DNA of 64,000 bases. It comes from an uncultured Clostridia bacterium. Lineage in GTDB: Bacteria; Bacillota; Clostridia; TANB77; CAG-508. This document shows, in pieces, positions 36,417 to 45,244 of the stretch. A model generated the notes under the pieces. That model was not told the origin of the DNA, searched no databases, and saw only the letters and a list, made by a program, of their open reading frames with translations. How positions within the stretch are numbered: the first letter of the stretch is position 1; each line of letters starts with the position of its first letter. The stretch is taken from assembly GCA_944392515.1 (NCBI GenBank), contig CALXWV010000001.1, forward strand, positions 8,718 to 72,717, given 5' to 3'. The translations under genes were made by a program, and so were the position numbers.

Positions 36417-36500
36417 TACTTTATCTATTCCTTCCTTTATTACTAATTTTTTTGTTATTCTTAATTTATTTTTCCTTATGTATAATTTATATTATTTTAT

Positions 36501-37640
36501 TTACTTAATTTCTAATTTTTTGTAATCTTCTATTTCTTCTCTAAACATTTCTTCCATTAGTTTTACACTATTTTCTATTCTAAATTTATTTGCAAATTCT
36601 GAATATGCTTTTCTTTTTTCTTCTAATATTTTTGGATTATCTAAAAAGTAATCTATTTTTCTCGCTAAATCATCACTATTTCCATGTTCAAACAAACTAT
36701 CTTCATCCATTGCAAATTGTACAGTTGCAGATTCATTGCTATTTGATATTATTGGTACATTTCCACATGCAATTGCTTCTAAACATGATATAGCTTCTAT
36801 TTCTGCATCTGCACTATGCACATATATATCTGTGTAAGATAATAAATCTACTAATTCATCTTTTGGATAGAATTTAAGGATTGGCTTATTTGTAAGATTT
36901 TCTCCCTGTTTTTCATATTGCTCATAGCATAAGCCTTTTCCAGCTAAAATGAGTTGAATTTTATTTTCATACTTTGATTTCTTTATTGCATCAATAAGTA
37001 CATCTTGTCTTTTTTCTGGTGCATATCTTCCAACCATTGTAATTACTGTTTTATCTTTTAATTCTTCTGGCTTTTCTTTTCTATTATATTTAAATTCTTC
37101 ACCTACTCCATTAGATATTACATGAAGTTTTGCAGTATAACCATGCTCTTTTAATCTATTTGCAATAAAATTACTTGGGCAATGTATATGTCTAAATCTA
37201 TTAAAATAATTTCTAAAATATGTATATATTGTATCATTTAAATGATGATGAGTTCCTAAGCCCATTGTATATGTTATATTTTCAGGTTGTACATGAAAAG
37301 CAGTAGTATGTGGTATATTCATCTCTTCTGCTATTTTTACACCTTTTTTAGCAAGTCTAAATGGCATATAAAAATGTATTACATCTTGATTTTTAAATAC
37401 ATTTCTCATAACTTCTTCATCTGGTCTTGCAAACACCATTTCATTTGCTTTAAAATATTTATCTATTATTTTAGGAAATTTGTATGTTTTTAACGAAACC
37501 TTATCTTCTTCATCTTTTCCTGTACTTAATATTTGTACTTCATTTCCATCTTTTCTTAATCCATCTACAAATCTTTTAGCTGATATCGTAGTTCCATTGC
37601 TTAGATTATCATATTGATCAATTACAATTAGTATTTTCAT
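36501..37640 (-). CDS. glycosyltransferase family 4 (GT-B fold; glycolipid synthase-like)
   Basis: 379 aa; the N-terminal MKILIV..... pattern and C-terminal E...LEA.ACG.P.I block of GT4 enzymes. Confidence 0.75.
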   Translation of the reverse strand: MKILIVIDQYDNLSNGTTISAKRFVDGLRKDGNEVQILSTGKDEEDKVSLKTYKFPKIIDKYFKANEMVFARPDEEVMRNVFKNQDVIHFYMPFRLAKKGVKIAEEMNIPHTTAFHVQPENITYTMGLGTHHHLNDTIYTYFRNYFNRFRHIHCPSNFIANRLKEHGYTAKLHVISNGVGEEFKYNRKEKPEELKDKTVITMVGRYAPEKRQDVLIDAIKKSKYENKIQLILAGKGLCYEQYEKQGENLTNKPILKFYPKDELVDLLSYTDIYVHSADAEIEAISCLEAIACGNVPIISNSNESATVQFAMDEDSLFEHGNSDDLARKIDYFLDNPKILEEKRKAYSEFANKFRIENSVKLMEEMFREEIEDYKKLEIK

Positions 37641-37702
37641 TTTACCTCACTTACAATAAGAAAATTTTCCTTATTTTTGTCCTTTTCTTTAATATTTTAA
37701 TT

Positions 37703-38989
37703 TTAGGCCTCGACAATTACTTTTCCGATTAAATCATATTCTTTAAATCCTGTTACTTTGCAATTTACAAAAGTATTTTGTTTTGCATTTCCTTCTATAT
37801 ATATTACTCCATCAATATCTGGAACATCCATGTATGTTCTTCCTACTCCTGGTTCTTCAACTAATACTTTTAGAGTTTTACCAATATGCTTTTTCATGTT
37901 TTCTTCAGATATTTTTTGTTGAAGAGCCATTATTTTATTATATCTTTTCTTTTTAGTCATTGGATGAACTTGATTTTCCATATTAAAAGCAGCTGTGCCT
38001 TCTTCTTTCGAATATGTAAAGCAACCTAATTTATCTAATTTTGCCCATTTTACAAATTCATATAATTCTTCAAAATCTTCTTCTGTCTCTCCTGGAAATC
38101 CAACCATTAAAGTACTTCTAATTACTACATTTGGAATTTTTTCTCTTAATTTAGTAATTAATTTTCTTATGCTTTCACCTGTACTTTTTCTATTCATCTT
38201 TTTTAAGATTCTATCTGATATATGTTGCATTGGAATATCAAAATATTTGCATATTTTATCATTATTTTTTACTTCTTCTATTAGCTCATCTGTGATTGTT
38301 TCTGGATATGCATATAAAAATCTAATCCATTCTATTCCATCAATTTTACTTATTTCATGTAATAATTCTGCAAGCCTTGGTTTTCCATAAATATCTGTGC
38401 CATATTTGGTTGTATCTTGTGCTATAATTATTAATTCTTTATAGCCTTTTTTTGCTAGCATTTTTGCTTCTTCTAATATATCTTCTATCTTTCTACTTGT
38501 AAATCTACCTCTAATATATGGTATTGCACAAAATGTGCAAAAATTGTTACATCCTTCTGCTATTCTAATATATGCATAATTTGTTCCAGTAGATATTACT
38601 CTATTTAAGAAATCTAATTTTTCATCTTTTTGATTATTATGGTTTATAACATTTTCAATTTGCTCCCATAATGAATTATATTCACTAAATTTAACAAATA
38701 AATCAACTTCTGGAAGGGATTTTATTAAATCTTCTTTATATCTTTCTACTAAGCAACCTGTAACAATTAAATATTTACAATTTTCTTTTTTATATTCTGC
38801 CATTTCTAATATTGTGTTTATCGCTTCTTCTTTAGCAGACTCAATAAAACCACAAGTGTTTATTACAATAATTTCTGCTTCTTTTGGGTTATTTACTATT
38901 TCAAAATTATTCTTTTTAAATAACCCTATCATCATTTCAGTATCTACTAAATTCTTACTACATCCAAGTGATACAAAACCTACTTTCAT
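37703..38989 (-). CDS. rimO: ribosomal protein S12 methylthiotransferase RimO
   Basis: 428 aa; an MTTase N-domain (VSLGCSKNLVDTE), the radical-SAM CNNFCTFCAIP cluster motif, and a TRAM C-terminus. Confidence 0.88.
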   Translation of the reverse strand: MKVGFVSLGCSKNLVDTEMMIGLFKKNNFEIVNNPKEAEIIVINTCGFIESAKEEAINTILEMAEYKKENCKYLIVTGCLVERYKEDLIKSLPEVDLFVKFSEYNSLWEQIENVINHNNQKDEKLDFLNRVISTGTNYAYIRIAEGCNNFCTFCAIPYIRGRFTSRKIEDILEEAKMLAKKGYKELIIIAQDTTKYGTDIYGKPRLAELLHEISKIDGIEWIRFLYAYPETITDELIEEVKNNDKICKYFDIPMQHISDRILKKMNRKSTGESIRKLITKLREKIPNVVIRSTLMVGFPGETEEDFEELYEFVKWAKLDKLGCFTYSKEEGTAAFNMENQVHPMTKKKRYNKIMALQQKISEENMKKHIGKTLKVLVEEPGVGRTYMDVPDIDGVIYIEGNAKQNTFVNCKVTGFKEYDLIGKVIVEA

Positions 38990-39016
38990 ATCTACACTCC
39001 TTACCTATATTTTTCG

Positions 39017-39104
39017 ATTGGGACGGTCCTTTTCGTAAAATAATTAAATATTAAAGCTAGTCATTAAAACTATTTTAGAATTTTACGAAAAGGACCGTCC
39101 CAAT
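39017..39104. repeat. perfect 25-bp inverted repeat pair (GGGACGGTCC core) with 38-nt spacer; member of an intergenic repeat family
   Basis: ATTGGGACGGTCCTTTTCGTAAAAT (39017-39041) and its exact reverse complement (39080-39104), between the capA-like stop and the rimO start. Confidence 0.9.
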
Positions 39105-39113
39105 TTGAAAATC

Positions 39114-40310
39114 CTAATATAAAATTTCACTTAATTTATCTATTCCTCTTACTAATTTTTCATAAGTTGCTTTATCTAAAGAACTTCCTTCTTTTCCATA
39201 GTTTGCAATTTCTCTTTTCATATCTAATAGTTTATATCTATCTACTTTAATTTTTGCACCGTAATCATTCATATATATAGGTACATAATCTACTTTATAT
39301 AAAGAAGCTACATCATTTTCTGCATCATAATATATTTGAATATTTAAAATCAATTCTAAATTAGAATTTTCATAGCTAAAATCTGATGTAAAATCTCCTA
39401 AAGAATATGCTACTAAGCAGTCTTTTCCCTCTTTATTTTGTAATATTTCCATCTTTTGTACAACAGATGGATGAGCACCTATAATTATATCTGCCCCATT
39501 ATCTACTAAAAATTGTGCTTGTGCTTTTTGATTCTCATTTGGTTCATTTTTGTATACATCTCCCCAGTGCATAAGAACTACCAAAAAGTCCGCATTTGCA
39601 TTTGCATAAGCTAAATCTTCTTTTGCTAGCTCTTCGCTATATATATTTACTCCTTCTTCTTTGCTATCATAAGTATAAGATAATATGGCTAATTTTACAC
39701 CTTTTACTTCAATTATTTTTACTCTATCTTTTGCTTCTTCATTATATATACCTGTAGTTTGAATTCCAATAGATTCTAAATATTCTTTTGTAGCATTTAA
39801 AGCTTCTATTCCATTATCTAAAGAATGATTATGTGCAAGTGTTACTAAGTCTACTCCTGATTCTTTTATGCTATTCGCAAAAGCTTTATTTTCATCAGTA
39901 ACATCTGTTTCATATGTTCCCATTACTATATCTGAATCATTAAAATATTTTGATATATCTTCAAATATATCTGTATATAACCCATTAGCATTTTTGCCAC
40001 TCTTTTGCATACTTTTTCCTAATAAAATATCTCCTATTGCTGAAAGTCTAATTATTGAATTTGCCTTAAAATCATTCATAGAAGCAATATCATTTTCTAT
40101 TGAAGAATATATTTCTTCAACATGATCAGCTATCCTTTTTTGCTCTTCTGCTACCTTTTTAGCTTCATTTATATTAAGCATAATATTTACAATAATACAT
40201 ATAACAATTATAACTAACAAAATAGACGAAATAATTATAAAGTTTTTATTACTTATTGTATCTCTTATTATATTTGATTTTCTTGTTTTTCTTCTTCGGT
40301 TATTTCCCAT
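39114..40310 (-). CDS. CapA-family (PGA_cap metallophosphatase-like) membrane-anchored protein
   Basis: SAIGDILLG, TLAHNHSLDNG, LMHWGDVY and IIGAHPSVVQ motifs. Start moved to MGNNRRRK, which follows GGAGGG. Confidence 0.8.
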   Translation of the reverse strand: MGNNRRRKTRKSNIIRDTISNKNFIIISSILLVIIVICIIVNIMLNINEAKKVAEEQKRIADHVEEIYSSIENDIASMNDFKANSIIRLSAIGDILLGKSMQKSGKNANGLYTDIFEDISKYFNDSDIVMGTYETDVTDENKAFANSIKESGVDLVTLAHNHSLDNGIEALNATKEYLESIGIQTTGIYNEEAKDRVKIIEVKGVKLAILSYTYDSKEEGVNIYSEELAKEDLAYANANADFLVVLMHWGDVYKNEPNENQKAQAQFLVDNGADIIIGAHPSVVQKMEILQNKEGKDCLVAYSLGDFTSDFSYENSNLELILNIQIYYDAENDVASLYKVDYVPIYMNDYGAKIKVDRYKLLDMKREIANYGKEGSSLDKATYEKLVRGIDKLSEILY

Positions 40311-40417
40311 TTTTCCCTCCAAACTAATACTTAAATTATACAATAAAATGTATTTTTTGACAAGTAAAAAGAGGGTATACATTTAAGTACTCCCCCAATA
40401 TTTATATCTATGTAATA

Positions 40418-41647
40418 TTAAATTGCTATCTTATATGGATTATCTATACTTCCTTCTCCACTAGTAAATTCTATATTTGCTCCTAATGTTGCTACAGGAC
40501 GTAATCCAAGTCCCCAACTAGCAAAAGCCGTAGAACCATAAGAACCATAAGAAGCAGAAAGATCCCCGCTTACAATTTTTTTAATAAAGTCTTTTGTATC
40601 ATTTGCAACTCTGAAAAGTCCAAAACCTATGCAATCATTTTGCGAGTCTGAATAACAGCGAACTCCTCTAGATGCTATAGTGTATTCACCTTTTGATATT
40701 AGATTATAAAATTCTTCATTTATAAAATAGTTATTATTAGTACTTATATTTAACGCATAAGAAGTTTGTGTGGCAGTAAGACTTGTTGCATTAGTTCCTG
40801 TTTCAGTTGTTGGTGTAGTATAATAGCTTTCACTTCTTCCTATTCCATCTTTTTTTATTGTATCTGTATCTATCCCTGACCCATTTTCTCTAGAATACAA
40901 CAAAGGATAATATGTACGGTCATTTTGATTTATAATTTTATAAGTACTCCCGTAATTTGTACCATAATGATTATATTCATTTCTAGCTTGTATTCCTTTA
41001 TCACTAAATTTACTTTCTATATCTTCTATCTTTATGCTCCTTGCTGTTATTCCTAAAGATTTATTACTATATTGTTTTGAACATATATCATTTAATATCC
41101 AAACTCCATTATTATATCCTAAATAGGCACTCAAATAAACGTTCTTAGTTGTGGGACTTTCACTTATTAAATCTACTGTTCCATCTTCATTTACACTCAT
41201 TATTTGCCACTTCATTGTCTCTTGGGGTATGCTTTGATTACTTGTATATCCTGATACTGCTGTAGTTAAACTATATGCACTTGCTGTATCTGGAGTATAT
41301 TCAACATAGTCTCCTATTTTTAGTATCTCTCTCGTTATCTTCGTTCCTGTTATCTTGACTCCATTTACATATGCGGTTTTTCCCTTAGTAATATCTTCTG
41401 GTTTTGCTGTTGCATCTGACGTATCTAATACTTTTAATGTTCCAGTAATTCCGCCTAATGTTATTCCTTCTTTTATATACTCTGGTATTAAATTTTTATT
41501 ATTTGAGCCACTATTAGATGAATTATATTTTCCATTTGCTATATTTACTTTAATAACATTTGCACCTATTATTATTCCTATAATTACAATTATACATATT
41601 ATTGGTATTATAACTGTTAATCTTTTATTTTTCGCTATCTTTTTCAT
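40418..41647 (-). CDS. membrane-anchored extracellular hypothetical protein (GGITGTL motif, C-terminal GLRPVATL-type domain)
   Basis: Start moved to MKKIAKNKRL, which follows GAGGA. Has an N-terminal TM helix and an N/S-rich linker. The segment TKGKTAYVNGVKITGT resembles a module I recall from Firmicute surface and phage-fibre proteins. No family confidently assigned. Confidence 0.55.
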   Translation of the reverse strand: MKKIAKNKRLTVIIPIICIIVIIGIIIGANVIKVNIANGKYNSSNSGSNNKNLIPEYIKEGITLGGITGTLKVLDTSDATAKPEDITKGKTAYVNGVKITGTKITREILKIGDYVEYTPDTASAYSLTTAVSGYTSNQSIPQETMKWQIMSVNEDGTVDLISESPTTKNVYLSAYLGYNNGVWILNDICSKQYSNKSLGITARSIKIEDIESKFSDKGIQARNEYNHYGTNYGSTYKIINQNDRTYYPLLYSRENGSGIDTDTIKKDGIGRSESYYTTPTTETGTNATSLTATQTSYALNISTNNNYFINEEFYNLISKGEYTIASRGVRCYSDSQNDCIGFGLFRVANDTKDFIKKIVSGDLSASYGSYGSTAFASWGLGLRPVATLGANIEFTSGEGSIDNPYKIAI

Positions 41648-41752
41648 TTTATATATCCTCATATAATAAACTTGTATATAAGCCTATTCTTTCTTTTATA
41701 GTTTATTTGTCATATTCATATTTCTGATTATCTAATATTAAATTTGCATACA

Positions 41753-41805
41753 AAAAGCTATGTACTTTAAACGATTTTTAAATTCGTCTAAAATACATAG
41801 CTTTT
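41753..41805. terminator. long orphan stem-loop in a divergent intergenic region
   Basis: AAAAGCTATGTA...TACATAGCTTTT outer 12-bp stem plus inner TTTAAACGA/TCGTCTAAA (one mismatch). A/T runs lie on both sides. No annotated gene ends here. Confidence 0.5.
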
Positions 41806-41844
41806 ATTCTATGTTTACATAAACTTATTTTATTAAATCCTACG

Positions 41845-41867
41845 ATATATATATATATATATATATA
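41845..41867. repeat. (AT)11 A dinucleotide microsatellite
   Basis: 23 nt of uninterrupted alternating A/T between CG and CAG, read directly from the sequence. Confidence 0.95.
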
Positions 41868-42068
41868 CAGCCTCAAGGCTTTCAGCGTTTTGCATTGTAT
41901 TATCCTCTCTTATTTTATTTTTTCTTTATTCTATCATAAAATTTAATAATTTTTCAATAAAATTCTTTTTATTTTTTACTTAATAAATTAATTTTAATAT
42001 TCTACTTTTTAAAATTGTTATTATGCTTACTTTATATTCTGTATCGTCATTTAGCCTTTTATTTATAC

Positions 42069-42097
42069 TTGATAATTTTTACATTTTGATATACAAT
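42069..42097 (+). promoter_or_regulatory. candidate sigma-A promoter for the acyl-CoA synthetase gene
   Basis: TTGATA - 17 nt - TACAAT, about 30 nt upstream of the TGGAGA RBS. Confidence 0.4.
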
Positions 42098-42129
42098 ACA
42101 TACGTAAAATATATTGATTGGAGAATAAT

Positions 42130-43830
42130 ATGAATAACAAATTATATGATGGACAAAAGTTAAAGGATTTTAGAGAGCTTGTTAATTTATATAAAACAAA
42201 ATACAAAGATCTTATTGCTTTTGAATATAAAGAAACTCCAGAAAGCAAAGAGCATATAAAAATAACTTATGAACAATTTGCTCAAGATATTGAAGCTCTA
42301 GCAGTAAAACTTATGGAATTAGATTGCAAAAGAATTGCTATTATTTCAGATAATAGATATGAATGGTGCACAAGTTATTTAGCAATTACGACTGCTGGTT
42401 TAGTAGTTGTTCCACTAGACAAATCTTTGCCAGACAATGAGCTTATAGATTTACTAAAACGTAGTGAAGCTGATGGTATTATTTTTAGTGATAAATATGC
42501 CAAAATATTAAAAGATGCTGATTGCAAAGTAAAAATATGTATGGATTATACCAAAGATAAAGATTCTATTTTATCTTATTCTAAATTATTGAAAGAAGGA
42601 TATTCATTAGATAAAGAAAAATATAATGAATTAAAAATAGATAATAAATCTATGAGTATCATTTTATTTACATCTGGTACTACTAATATTGCAAAAGCTG
42701 TTATGCTTTCACAATATGCAATCTGTATGGATTTATATGCTTTAAGTCAAATGATAGATATAAATACTAGTGATAAATTTTTATCTTTTTTACCGCTTCA
42801 TCATACATTTGAAAGTACAACTACTTTCCTTTTCGGTACCTCTTGTGGTATTACAATTGCTATATGTGATGGTCTAAGATATATTCAAAGTAACTTAGTA
42901 GAGTACAAAGTTACAGGTTTTGTATGTGTACCACTTATGCTTGAAATTATGTATAAAAAGATTTTAAAAGAAATTAAAGCTCAGAAAGAAACTACTATAG
43001 TTAACATTATGAGAGTTTTATTTAGACATAGCAATATTGAAACTAAAAGAAAAATATTTAAGTCTATAATTGATGGATTAGGCGGAAATCTTAGAACTAT
43101 AATTGCTGGCGGTGCTCCTATGGATAAAGAAACAATAAAAGGATATAACGACTTTGGTTTTGATGTACATCAAGGATATGGCTTAACTGAAACTGCTCCG
43201 GTACTTGCTGGTGAAAATAGTTTTAATAAAAGAACTGGTTCTGTTGGATTCCCTCTTCCTACAATAGAAATTAAAGTAGATAAACCTGATGAAAATGGTA
43301 TTGGAGAAATTATTGCTAAAACACCTGCCATCATGCTTGGTTATTATAAAAATGAAGAAGCAACAAAAGAAGTTATAAAAAATGGATGGTTCCATACTGG
43401 CGATTTAGGATATATAGATAAAGATGGTTTTGTTTTTATAACTGGTAGAAAGAAAGATATGATAGTTCTAAAAAATGGTAAAAAGATTTTTCCAGAGGAA
43501 ATTGAAATATTAATTAATAAACTTCCTTATGTTACAGAAAGTATGGTATTTGGTTCTTTAGATGATTCTAAAGCTGATAGAAATACTGATGTAACTTTAT
43601 GTGCTGAAATAATTTACAATGAAGATGAACTAAAAAAAGCTTTTCCAAGTATTAAAGAAAGTGAGTATTGTGATACTATTTGGAATGATGTTAAGACAAA
43701 AGTAAATAAGCAAATGCCTGCTTATAAATATATTAGAAGAATATTAATTTCTACTGAACCTATTATAAAAACTACTACACAGAAAATTAAAAGAAATGAA
43801 GAAATGAGAAAATTAAAAAATAAGCTATAA
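42130..43830 (+). CDS. long-chain fatty acid-CoA ligase (AMP-dependent synthetase)
   Basis: ILFTSGTTNIAKAVMLS (AMP-binding P-loop), GYGLTETAP, GWFHTGDLG, GRKKDMI. Start moved from the TTG at 42118 to the ATG at 42130. Confidence 0.88.
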   Translation: MNNKLYDGQKLKDFRELVNLYKTKYKDLIAFEYKETPESKEHIKITYEQFAQDIEALAVKLMELDCKRIAIISDNRYEWCTSYLAITTAGLVVVPLDKSLPDNELIDLLKRSEADGIIFSDKYAKILKDADCKVKICMDYTKDKDSILSYSKLLKEGYSLDKEKYNELKIDNKSMSIILFTSGTTNIAKAVMLSQYAICMDLYALSQMIDINTSDKFLSFLPLHHTFESTTTFLFGTSCGITIAICDGLRYIQSNLVEYKVTGFVCVPLMLEIMYKKILKEIKAQKETTIVNIMRVLFRHSNIETKRKIFKSIIDGLGGNLRTIIAGGAPMDKETIKGYNDFGFDVHQGYGLTETAPVLAGENSFNKRTGSVGFPLPTIEIKVDKPDENGIGEIIAKTPAIMLGYYKNEEATKEVIKNGWFHTGDLGYIDKDGFVFITGRKKDMIVLKNGKKIFPEEIEILINKLPYVTESMVFGSLDDSKADRNTDVTLCAEIIYNEDELKKAFPSIKESEYCDTIWNDVKTKVNKQMPAYKYIRRILISTEPIIKTTTQKIKRNEEMRKLKNKL

Positions 43831-43968
43831 TTTTACGTTGGGGACGGACCTTTTTGAAAAATATTTTTCATTGGGGACGGTCCTTTTTGTAAAATATTTA
43901 GATGTTGTGTATATTTATTTAAGAGATTCTTGATATTTTACAAAAAGGTCCGTCCCCAACGTAAAATT
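43829..43968. repeat. three-copy GGGACGG(A/T)CC repeat element: perfect 28-bp terminal inverted repeats plus an internal direct copy
   Basis: AATTTTACGTTGGGGACGGACCTTTTTG (43829-43856) and its exact reverse complement (43941-43968). The internal copy TTGGGGACGGTCCTTTTTGTAAAAT (43871-43895) differs from the arm by 1 nt. The arms overlap both flanking stop codons. Confidence 0.9.
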
Positions 43969-45127
43969 ATCTCCCCATTATATGTTTACGTGTTATTTCT
44001 AATAAGCCAAGTTTAGTAAATTCCAGTACTTGTACTTTTGACCTATCTTGTTTAAAACATTCTATCATATAATTTCTTATTTCTTCTTTATCTTTTTCAT
44101 CTTCCATATCAATATAATCAATTATAATTATTCCACCAATATCTCTTAGCCTAATTTGTTTTGCTATTTCCTTTGTAGCTTCTTTATTTACTTTTAGTAC
44201 TGTTTTTTCCAAATCTTTATTTCCTGTAAATTTTCCTGAATTTACATCAATAGCAGTTAGTGCTTCTGTTTTATCTATTGTTATAAATCCTCCACAGTTA
44301 AGCCATATTTTTCTATCTAGTTTCATTTTATTTTTTACTTCAAATTTTTCTAGTAAATTTTTTTCAACAACAAATTTATCTTTTAAATTTTCAAAATGAT
44401 TAATTAGCTCTTCATCATTTGTATATATTTTTTCTAAGTTATTTTCTGATAAATCTGTAATTATCTTTCCTACTATACCATCGTTATCATAAATTTTAGT
44501 AGGAGCAATTTCTTTATCCTTCATCTCATTAGCATTTTGTAAAATATTCTTCCAAAAAGATATTAATAGCTTAGTTTCTCTTGCTATTTCATTTTCTTCT
44601 TTTCCTTCAGCAGCTGTTCTAATTATTGCTCCATAACCTTCTGGTAATTCTTTTTTTATGATTTCTTTTAATCTTTTTATTTCTTCTTCATTCTGTATTT
44701 TTTGAGAAATAGTTAAAAAATTTGAATATGGCATAAGTATTATAAATCTACCATTTAGTTTTATATCCTTAGTTACTCTTGGTCCTTTTTGTTCATTACA
44801 ATCTCTTTTTACTTGAACAAGTATTTCATCACCTGTTTTTACTATTTTTGATATATCATATTTAGATGTATCTTCATATACATTACCAGTTACATTACTT
44901 GCTTTAGGTATTAAATCTTTTATATGTACTAATGCATTTTTTTCTTCTCCAATGTCTATAAAAGCTGATTGCATACCAGGAATTATATTTTTTATTTTTC
45001 CTAAATATATATTGCCTTCTAATCTTTTTTCTCCACTTTTTTCATTATATATTTCTACTAATTTGCCATCTTGAACAACAGCTACTATTGTATTTTCCGC
45101 TTCTTTATCTATTAAAATATTATACAT
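43967..45127 (-). CDS. rng: ribonuclease E/G-family protein (short form lacking Zn-link and small domain)
   Basis: 386 aa; S1 domain (GNIYLGKIKNIIPGMQSAFIDIG) and the DNase-I-like block IIIDYIDM. Ends at ..LLEITRKHIMGR. Confidence 0.85.
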   Translation of the reverse strand: MYNILIDKEAENTIVAVVQDGKLVEIYNEKSGEKRLEGNIYLGKIKNIIPGMQSAFIDIGEEKNALVHIKDLIPKASNVTGNVYEDTSKYDISKIVKTGDEILVQVKRDCNEQKGPRVTKDIKLNGRFIILMPYSNFLTISQKIQNEEEIKRLKEIIKKELPEGYGAIIRTAAEGKEENEIARETKLLISFWKNILQNANEMKDKEIAPTKIYDNDGIVGKIITDLSENNLEKIYTNDEELINHFENLKDKFVVEKNLLEKFEVKNKMKLDRKIWLNCGGFITIDKTEALTAIDVNSGKFTGNKDLEKTVLKVNKEATKEIAKQIRLRDIGGIIIIDYIDMEDEKDKEEIRNYMIECFKQDRSKVQVLEFTKLGLLEITRKHIMGR

Positions 45128-45244
45128 ATTATTTTTTCAAAGTTTTTATATTAATATTTAAAATTTAAAATTAATAATCAATATTAATACTAAATTTTAC
45201 TTTGCTCTATTCCCTTTCCTCTTAATTCTTTTTTTATTAGATTT

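Noticed and set aside
42063-42248. 61-aa minus-strand ORF overlapping the fadD-like start and promoter
   Set aside because: It has no RBS and overlaps a confident plus-strand gene and its promoter.
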